Source of the DNA: Bugula neritina
Taxonomy: Eukaryota; Animalia; Bryozoa
Length of the DNA: 64,000 bases
NCBI GenBank assembly: GCA_964035545.1
Contig: OZ037773.1
Coordinates: 8,585,751 to 8,649,750 of the forward strand
Direction of reading: 5' to 3'
Position numbers and translations under genes: made by a program. Positions 26,359 to 37,600 of this stretch are shown here, one piece after another (within the stretch, counting starts at the first letter, position 1; each line of letters begins with the position of its first letter). The notes below the pieces were generated by a model. That model saw only the letters and a list, made by a program, of their open reading frames with translations, made no database searches and was not told where the DNA came from.

Positions 26359-28599
26359 TTATGATGACGGCTGGAACATCTGACATAGCCCTAGACTCTC
26401 CTTGTCCCCTCCACTGGCCGCAATGATGTCTTCACTCTTCTTTATTCTCTTCTTTATGAGTGGAGGAAGGTTTCTGATTACTACGTTATTCTTGAACTGT
26501 TCGCTGACATCTTTCTATAATGTGCGAGTTTTAGAATATTATAAGTTATAGAGTGTAGAATATGAGGTATAGACTGTAGAATGTGAGATATAGACTGTAG
26601 AATGTGAGATATAGACTGTAGAATGTGAGATATAGAATATAAGTTATAGAGTGTTGCACATGGGAATATAACTCTACGGTTAATATGTAGAAACTCAATA
26701 CAGATATATGTGTAATTATCTATTTTTCAATAAAATCACGAAATAGGTTCATTAATAGATGTATAATACAGCAATTCCAATTACAACTTCTTTCTTTCCA
26801 CAAATTACATACATATTATGAGCCAAACGACCAGACAGAAATTTCTAAATTAGCTGAGCATTGTACATGTACAGTCACAGCTATTCACTTCAACTTCTAT
26901 GCAATACATACAATGACCTCTACTTCTACACGTATATGAATGTATTCTTACGCCAATGATCTCTACTATCATACTTCGAAGCAACTCCCTCTTTTTCTTG
27001 AAGCATGGAAAGTATGTACCGTTACTGTTCGCCACCTTGGGTGAGGGTTTAGCTCCGGGCAGGCATATCTCCGCTTCAAACCTCTACAATCATAATGTCT
27101 GCAGATAAGATCTTGATACACACTGCAGATAACATTTTCATACACACTGCAGATAACATCTTCATACACACTGCAGATAACATATTCATACACACTGCAG
27201 ACAGTAAATACAACAAATGTGATAAAAATACTTCTAAGGAGAGAGCCAACTGCAAATATTGGCCGAATTCCCACTCCACAGACACTAGTAAATACTGAGC
27301 CTGAAACAAACCATGCGATATAAACCCCAAAAGCCAGGCACCTGCAGTGTCCTGCCAGGCACCTGCAGTGTCCTGCTAGGCACCTGCAGTGTCCTGTCAA
27401 GCACCTGCAGTCTCCCGCCACATCTACTTACATTAAGCCGTTTGGCCGTAACTCCAGGTATTTCTAGCATCAGTTGAAAGAGATTGCCGAAAGTGGGTCG
27501 TAGCATCTCGTAGACAATGAGCAAACTGGAGAACACCTTGGTGCTGATGGTGTCGTGTTTGCCGTGAGTGTGTATACAGGTGAGCAGAGTCCTCATCACC
27601 TGGTCAGCAATGTCAGGTGTCATCCAACCTGAGGCGTGTGTCTGTGAGAGAAACACACAGATATGTGGTAGAACTAGTATTGTATACACACAGACAACCA
27701 TATAATAGAGCTGGTATTGTATACATACAGGCAACCATATGATAGAACTGGTATTGTATACATACAAACAGCTGATAGAATTGGTATTGTATACAAACAC
27801 AGCTGATAGAATTGGTATTATATACACACACAGCTGATAGAACTGGTATTGCATACACACAAATATCTGGTAGAACTGATATTGCATACATACACATCTG
27901 ATAAAATTGGTATTGTACACATACAAACAGCTGATAGAATTAGTATTGTATACATACACAGCTGATAGAACTGGTATTGTATACATACACAGCTGATAGA
28001 ATTGGTATTGTATACATACATATCTGACTAGCGGAGTGACCAAGTCTATAGCCTTGTGAACAGTTCCGCTGTCGAGCCAACAGCTGCTGATAGTGGCGAA
28101 CCAGAGCAGGTAGAGAACTTCCTCCTAGAGAATACCAGGTACACTGATTGATGAGTCATAATTTGATATGATTAAAGATTGTGGTGGTATCAGAACAATA
28201 ACAATTAGCTGGGAATAGAAGATGCTATGATCACTTTGATTGAGCGACTGTAACATTACCTGAGGTTACCTGAGGTTACCTGTAAATACTCAAGAATTAC
28301 CTGAGGTAAGCCGAGAACAAAGTCACTCAGTTTGTCTTCCAGTGAAACATTTTCAGATGTAGAAGGAGAAGTACCATCCGTCATCTCTACGTCTGCCATA
28401 ACTTCTACGTCTTTCTGCATAATATCATGAAAATCACTGTTATAACATACTACTACTACTACTACTGCTGCTACTACTACTACTACTAATAGTACTACTA
28501 CTACTACTACTACCACTACCACTACCACTACTACCACTACTACCACTACTACCACTACTACCACTACTACCACTACTACCACTACTACCACTACTACTA

Positions 28600-28635
<36 letters not shown>

Positions 28636-31600
28636 TATACTAGTACTACTCACCACTGGCCTGGGCCGAGACTCGGAGCAGACTAGCAGGAAACTGTTGC
28701 ACATGTCAAGAAGATCTCGGCTGGCGACTCTCAACAACTCCTGCTCAATGATCTCTGCCTCGGGTAACTCTTCCATCTGCTGGCAGTCAGAGGAACTGGA
28801 ATAGATGTCAATTTTATAATATTAATTACATTACTTGATAAGGAAATGACACAGCGAAAACCTGGTTAACCCCAAGAAAATCTGCATCCTTGGGTGACAT
28901 CAGTCGACTTCCACAGTACAACAGTAGAGGAGTACAGACTTGCAAAGAACTTATAGAATCAACGTAGACTGAGAACTTCACACAAAGCAGCACAATTTAC
29001 AGAAGCCAGCGACTACAGACCAACTCCCTGATGACAGGAAATGATGTAAGACGCTGGAGTCTAAAAGACTTACAAAGAAATGACACCGGGGTTATGCTCT
29101 CTCATCTTCAGCCAATGTTTGTTGAGTCTGTCCACAATGAGCGGCAGCGCAGAGGTCAGCAGTGGAGCTATGAACCCGGCCTGGTACTCCCGGGGACAGT
29201 GTAAACACAGGGGTCTCAGCACAGACCTCACAATGCCCTTGAACGTGTACGTGTTGACCTGAAATAACGTGCAAACTGAGTTCAGATATCAATAAAACGT
29301 TGAAGATGTAAACAGGAAGTGATGCAAGTAACATAAACAGGAAGTGATATAAGTAACAAAACAGGAAATGATGCAAGTAATGAGTAGATACACACCTCAG
29401 CGACGTGGGTGACTATGAGATGAGAGAGGAAAGGTGAGAGGTTTGGGTGACGATAGAACTCGTGGGGACTGTTCTTACTCAGGTGGTTTAGAATCTGCGT
29501 GCTGCAAATGGACATGCATATCTCTCATATTACATATATACTAGAGTATTTACTATATATACAGTCTATTATATACTAAGAACTATACAATACTCACAAT
29601 GAGTCAAAGTAATCTAACATGTGCCTTTGTATGCTGGAGATTTCATTGAATGCATCTGGCTTGAAGTCTGCAGGTTTGTGGCCTGTAAAATAAATCAGTA
29701 GGTTGATAAAACCTCGTATCAAACTACAAGCAGCTGGACGATCTCCGAGATGATAATTTCAAAACTAGTAAAAAATAGGTTACTGCTATTTGTGATGTAA
29801 CAATGGGGTGAAACGAAGCTTGCGGGCAAACAAAATGATAAAAGGGCTCATTGGAAGTAGTGAAAGGGCTCGGCATACAGGAAGTAGTAGTGTATCCTCT
29901 CACCTAGGACTGATACCTGTTCGCCGTAAGGGATGTTATGTGTGGTTGAAGGAGGGTAACTCGGGTGAAACTGTTTGATGACTGCCTCTTTGAACAGATC
30001 AAATGTTACACTCAGACAAGTTAGGATACCTAGAAATAGGACATAATAAGAGTATATTATTCGTGTTACCTCAATATTTAATAGTATAGTCATCGTGCAT
30101 ATAATGATATATGAACTAGAATAACCACATCTCATTATATAAGGATATATCAACTAGAATAATCACCGCCCATATAAGGATATAATAATAGTATAATTAC
30201 CGTCCATATAAGGAAGTACAACTATAGCAGACGGCGTCCTCACAAGCCCTGACTCATTGTAAAATCCACCTCTTTCCAACTCCTATTTAATTAGTAAAAA
30301 TAAATTACCACATGAAGTTGCGAACAGCTGCAGAAATATAAATTTATTCAATGTTCTGTCTGCTGCTGCTGCTGTCAAACACACTCTTATAAAAAGAAGA
30401 CAATTCCTGATGGTAATGCAATTATGAGCATCTTTGGCCATGATTTATATGTTGCGTTAATTGCAGGTATTATATTAATATTCATGCTGCAATAATAAAC
30501 AACTGTGTTGCATGCTGTAAATATTCAAAACACTACAATGGAGAGAGACTAAATAAACATAGAAACAGACTACCAAGTTTGTACTTTGAGATTAGAAATA
30601 AAAACAATCATTAGACACAAGTTTGTTAAACGCATTTATCTGTAACTAGTGGTTAAATTCATGCCTGATGGCTTTTCTTGTCATGTTAAAAGTCCAAAGT
30701 GACTACCATCAGGTAACAAGCTATGAGGCCTACACTATGCTATAAACTATGAGGGTCAGTTTTATATGGCTTGCATGTCAAGTTGCCTCAACTACAACCA
30801 ACTGCAACAACTATTGTAGAGCTACTATATTTTATAGGAATGTATGAAATGCTTGCAGTGTTCTAGAGTTGACTTAAGAGTGTAGAATATTTTACAATGC
30901 TGTGATTGGTCAACTATCTAGCCAATTAGCATGGGACATCACAATTTAGTTTTACACTTTCCCCAACTGTAAGGTATGTAACATGTATAAAGTTTGTGAT
31001 ATCATATCTACTTCCAGTATAAATTCTATAGAATGCTAATAGCTAGAGAGATAAACTCACGCCAGTATCTGTGGGTACACTCGCTCTCCTGGTAACCACA
31101 AGGAAGTCCCTCAGAAATTCTTGCAACTGAAATATCAGAAGCGAATTTTAAGCAGCAATCACTAGTCGTTACATTGATTGATTGATTTATCACGTATCCC
31201 AGACATGAAAAAACGTTGCAAAATTCAGTCTGAATAATGGCTATAAAAAGTAGACATGAAAAATATTGAAAAAAGTCAGAACTCTGTTGGATTATTTGAA
31301 ATAAAAGATCATTTAAAGTATTTAAATGTAACGAGGAATAGTATTGGCCAAATCTTGGCAGCAACAAGTGAGAAGACAACTTCTCAGCACCAAGAATGTG
31401 TAAACAGTAGCTAAATGTAGGCTATAGTTCCCTATTGTCCAAGTGAACAGTATGAAAGATATCAGCTTTGTTATTCAACTGACAGAGAGAGGAGTTATCC
31501 ACCCACCTGGTACCGGTGAGCTTGGAATGAGGGATCAGTGTCAGGTGGAGATAACAAACCAATGTACCGAGACATTTCTAATGAAGACCGGAAACTCCTA

Positions 31601-34600
31601 CAAAATGGCAGAGAAATTAGATAGTGCTACATGTATAACTAAAGTTAGTGCTACATGTACAGCTACAGATAGTGCTACATGTACAGGTACAGTTAGTGCT
31701 GCATGTACAGCTACAGTAGTAGTTGATGATAAGTAACACCAACACTCACTGCTGCACCTCTGGATTACTCCACTTCTCCAGCGTAGGGCCGATAACTCCC
31801 CGGATGTACTGAACCTGCGTATCACAGTTTTTCATTTCGTTGCTGCAATGAAACACTCATCAGTGAGAGGAGAGACAACTCTCAAAATACAATAACCAGC
31901 TTGCAGATGGAGCAACTCCTAAATAGGCAGTACAATTATTGATATTATACTGACAGATTAATAGAAAAACTCAAGAAAATTCACATTGGACAGAAAATAT
32001 GAATAAAATTCAAAGATTAAGTTGGAATATTTAAATGTTTATTTTATATTCACTCCACAAGACCAACGACAATGCAATGAAGATAAGAAATTAGCCTGCT
32101 GATAGCATGAGAGCCACGCATGCCAGAAAGATCGGGTGGTGTCTGCAACGCACCCGACTCAGAAGCATACCTGACCAGCACAAGTCCTTCTGTCAGCAGT
32201 CTGTAGACTCTGCTGTCAAGGTCACCTTTGCTATTGAATATCACAGTGTGGAGCTCCTCAAACCGACCCTAAAACAAAGCGAACAGTACAAAGAATACGG
32301 GCTACAGCTTGTCTCATCAACATGAAACTTCTTCCTACACGTACTTACAGTGAATAGAGAGTACTTACAGTAAATAGAGAATACTTACAGTGAATAGAGA
32401 GTACTTACAGTGAATAGAGAATACTTACAGTGAATAGAGAGTACTTACAGTGAATAGAGAATACTTACAGTGAGTAGAGAGTACTTACAGTGAATAGAGA
32501 GTACTTACAGTGAATAGAGAGTACTTACAGTCAATAGAGAATACTTACAGTGAATAGAGAATACTTACAGTGAATAGAGAATACTTACAGTGAATAGAGA
32601 GTACTTACAGTGAATAGAGAATACTTACAGTGAATAGTGAATACTTACAGTAAATAGAGAATACTTACAGTGAATAGAGAGTACTTACAGTGAATAGAGA
32701 GTACTTACAGTGAATAGAGAGTACTTACAGTGAATAGAGAGTACTTACAGTGAATAGAGAATACTTACGGTGAATACTTACAGTGAATAGAGAATACTTA
32801 CAGTGAATAGAGAGTACTTACAGTGAATAGAGAGTACTTACAGTGAATAGAGAATACTTACGGTGAATACTTACAGTGAATAGAGAATACTTACAGTGAA
32901 TAGAGAGTACTTACAGTGAATAGAGAGTACTTACAGTGAATAGAGAATACTTACAGTGAACAGAGAGTACTTACAGTGAATAGACTCGGGTGGATAGTCA
33001 TGAGTTTGATGAATACTGCGGCAGCGTGTCTGCTCAACTCGTACGTCTGAGAAGCGTAGTGGCTATTTTTACTAAGCTGCACGTTGGAGATGATCTAAAA
33101 ATATTCAAACGGTCTAAAAATAAAAAACCTACACCAAGACACACGGTGACAGCTGCAGTGACCTCACAGGCAGCCAAAATGCAGTGGGCATGCCCAGTGA
33201 GTAGGCAGCAAATGATACGCGAGATATGCAGATATGAGACACCTTCTCTATGGCTGACTGGATGACATGAGGTCAACTGAAAATAAGCAGCAGTGAGAGA
33301 ACATCTTATGGAGATACACACAGCCTACTATTAGATCCTACAGACACTCATTTGAAAATAGAAGCCTTGGAACAGTACAACTCACCTTCCTAAGCAGAAG
33401 ATCCAATACAGACTGAGGTGAGTGGGGTATTACGTAGAAGAGAGCTGAGGCTACAGATAGCATAATACTCTGGAGTTGTAGTTCCTGAAACAGTAGTACA
33501 GAGCAGGGTTGGGGTCAATTACATGTAAATGTAATTAATTACAATTACAATTACATGAAGATTTGTCAATTACAATTACAATTATAATTACAGTTGAAAA
33601 TAAATGTAATTAATTACAATTACAATTACATGGCAATGTAATTAATTACAATTACAATTACTTTTGTTCTCGCAAGGAATAAATAGAAGTTACTTCTAGG
33701 GTCCAACTACCAGCGGCAATGGTGAACCTCTTTTGTTTTCTACAGTGATATTATTATGTCATTCCATACCAAATCAACCAACTTTCAAGGAGTCCCACAT
33801 CTTTGTGTCTCAGATTTTGCTCATATTTACACTAAATGGACCTACACATGTTCAGATTACCATTCGTGAATATTTCTGGCCTGACACAAAAACATTTTGA
33901 GAAATTACTACTTTGGTGAACAAAGGTTGGAAAATTTGTGATTTATACTTTTAGACCAATTTATATGTAATTTAAAATTTGATTAGGCGAGTATTTGAAA
34001 TTTTTCAAAATTTACAAAGATTTGTTCATATTCAATGATTTTGCATATATGCATACAAAGTATTCTGTAGTATGTGTTGCTACTAGTGCAAATTGTTGGG
34101 TATTATCAAATCACAGCAAATTTTAAGGCTCAGTCTAGAAAATTGATTGAGATATAGACGTTTATAGATTAGTCTAAAAATAGAAATCACAAATTTTCCT
34201 CAAAATGTTTCTCAACTTTTGTCCACAAAAGTAGTCAGTTCTCAAAAAAATTTGTGTCAGGTCAGAAATACTGAAGAAGAGTACTTGAGGCACGTGTAGG
34301 TCTATTTGGTGTAAACATTAACAAAATCTGAGACGCAAATAGACGCGGGCAATTCGGTGAGCTGGCATGGAATGACCCTACTATATTGACCTAACTATCT
34401 GAACTTGTTATTTAACAGTAGGCATTGTAGAAAAAGGAGTTTTTTAAGATTTAAAAGTTTGAAGTAATTGACATGTAATTATAAAGTAATTGTAAAAATC
34501 AATTACATTAGATATGTAATTAATTACAATTACAATTACAATTACATTTTTAAACCTCAATTACAAATTACATTCAATTACTTGAAAAAATGTAATTAAT

Positions 34601-37600
34601 TACAGCCAATTACAATTACAAATTACAATTACCCCAACCCTGGTACAGAGTAATAGTAAGTATATTGTATATACTAATAGTGAGTATAATGTATATACTA
34701 ATAGTGAGTATACTGTATATACTAATAGTGAGTATACTGTATATACTAATAGTGAGTATATTGTATATACTAATAGTAAGTACATTGTATATACTAATAC
34801 TAAAAGGCGTTCTTGCGAGTTGGTGGAGTTACCTGAACTGTAGAGTTAAGAAGAAGTTGTAAGACGTCAACCAGAGAGGGGTGGGTTAGCTCCTTGCTGA
34901 GGGCGTGTGTGAAGAAGCTGAGGGCATCCCACTGAATATATAGAGGGCAAGTGTCCTTGTTACAGAAGTTCCCTCCTGTATGCATTATAAAGTATAAAAT
35001 ACTGTGACATAATAATATAGCGTACAATAATATAATAATCTAATAGGATAGTGCGTTTATGTAATATAATATGGTGTGATACAATATTATGTAATATAAT
35101 ATAATATAATATACTATAGTATTATATAATAGAGTGTAGTATTATAGAGTAGACTGTAAAGCAGAAGAGGAAAAGTGACTGTGGTGTGGTATAGGATTAT
35201 AAAATATAACGTAGTATAATATAGTGTTATGGAGTATAATATAGTATAGTATTATATATTATACTACACTATGATGTAGTTTAGTATAGTATAATATAAT
35301 ATAATGTAATATAGTACAGTATAATATAAAACAATGTGGTATAGGATTATATAACATTATGCAGTATTGTATATTATATTATATAATATAGTATGATATA
35401 ATATAATATAATATAATAATACAGAGTATAATGTGAAGCGAAAGATGACCAGGACGTGACTCACCACTATACTGCAGCTGCGTTTCCTCCAAGAGTCTCT
35501 TGATGGAAGACACGACAAGTGACACCAGGTGCTCGCTGTTATCCTTCCACAGATACTGGAACACAATGATCATGGAAGATCTTGCCCCTACAAGACACCG
35601 ATAGTTAGAATATTATTCTAGGAAGGAACGATTCCAAGAGCGAGTGAATATATCTCAAATATTCTGAACTTATGGCAAGCAATAGTCTACCTAGTTACTA
35701 ACATATGGGCAGTGTTTTGGCCCAAAGAACTGGAAAGGTGACTAAAAACTGATGATACTTCAAAATTAAAAACACAAAATTATGGAGTATCACCACACAA
35801 GGTATGATGTAATCAAAAGCCTAATAAATTGATCTGAAATATTCGCTGTATAGAGCAGACAACTCTGTGTGGAGTAGACAACTCTGTTGAGATATTTTTA
35901 CCACTTACTATGAATGTGATCTATCCAGTTTCCCATCGAATCGTAATCTAGAGTAGCAAAATATCCGGCTAGAGTGGAGCTGTCTCCATACACCCCCGTC
36001 TAAAATAATAAAGAATGTAGAGCTCATGCTAGACTCATAGAAAGCTGGTTCCTGCTAGATTTATAGAAGCTGGTGTCTCTGTAGCTGAGAAAAGTTCTGG
36101 CCCCCAGGAGTTGAGGTGGGAAGCCTCTATTCAAAATGATCAGCATTTAGGAGTTGTTGCCCCTGAGAGTTGGGAATACTAATAGACTGAGTACCTTCTC
36201 CAGCCTGCGTAGACTGACGGTACAGAGTTCTGTGGTGATGGCGGAGAGGAAACCCAGTCTCTGGGTCTGAGTGTTGATCTTGAGCAGAGAGAACCAGATT
36301 GGGTAGCAAGGAGAGAAGACGAACAGACTGGGGTGGTTAGTCAGCACGCTGAGTATCTGCACATACTGAGGCAGTGCTGTCGGGATCTGGAAACCTTTAC
36401 CCTCTTTACCCTAAAAAATAATATCCTTATTAGTGTATGGCATCCATTAGTAGTTAATGTAAATAACAGAGCTACACCCATGATCCAACTAAAATTAGAT
36501 ACAAAATAAATAGAATCCTCATGACGATTTAATTAGTGTCACCGCTACTAGCAGTATTAGTATTTTCAGCATTAGTAACTAGTAGTACTAATAGTAATAT
36601 TACTAGTGTTGAAGTATTAGTAATAACACTAGTATTATTAGTACCATATTACTAAATACAAAGCTACACCCAAATTATTAAATTGAATCCTAATGGCATT
36701 ACCAGTACTAGTAGTAATGAAGAAATTCTATTTTGAACTATAACAATGAAGCAGATTATTGAAAACTGAAAATAGTAAGACTTTAGATTAGCAATTAGAT
36801 ATAACTGTCAATGTAATGCAGCTACTAAAACGCAGCTGTTGAGTTGAAAATATTAAAACCTGTTGATTGATGATAACCCAACTCTAAATAACAACTTTTT
36901 AGTTTGCTGAAGGAGACATCAATGCGCACTGAGATCTAAACACTACAGCGAAATCTCCCTTACCCACAGAATGCATAGCAGCTCCCCCATGCCAACTATA
37001 GTCTGACCGAGTCTCTTCATGAAGTCATGTGATTCAGGGTCGCGCTCGACGGCCATGACCTGCCTACAACAGGAAGCTGAAGACTATGCCGGATTATGAC
37101 AACATGTTGACTGAAAACATATAATTTATCAAAAGTGTGTTGGATTACAAACATAGAGAACTGGTAAAGATAATCAAGTGTGGTATTGAAAAAAAACTCA
37201 AAATAAAAATGATTCATAATAACTACTATAAACCACATTGAATGATGTGATATTAAAATCTATTTTGTATAAGCCTTAGTACACGAAGGACACCGTTAGA
37301 AGATATGGGGCGTTACTAAACTCTCCCACTATACAAATATATTAGAAAAGCAGTAGCTAACTGCGATACAACACTTTGAAAATTGTGATGATAAATTTTC
37401 AACAATCAACAGAACAATTCTCTGTTATAACCTGTATGTATAATATATATCCATAATATAACATAATATATAATATATATCCATAATATAATATATTATA
37501 TAGTAAAAATTAAACGTACTGAATGACGCCAGAGAACGTGTGTATAGATTTCTCACTAAACATGGAGAGAAGAGGACTGAGGGCTGTAGGGTTACCATGT

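Noticed and set aside
27285-28043. 252-aa ORF as a stand-alone protein
   Set aside because: It is read-through of the intron-26 minisatellite into XPO5 exon 27 and beyond.
28256-28606. Poly-valine ORF
   Set aside because: It is a (GTA/GTG)n microsatellite running into XPO5 exon 25.
32341-32984. Regular repeat arrays (also 21543-21832 and 59270-59745) as CRISPR arrays
   Set aside because: The units are directly adjacent with no unique spacers, there are no cas genes, and the context is a eukaryotic intron.
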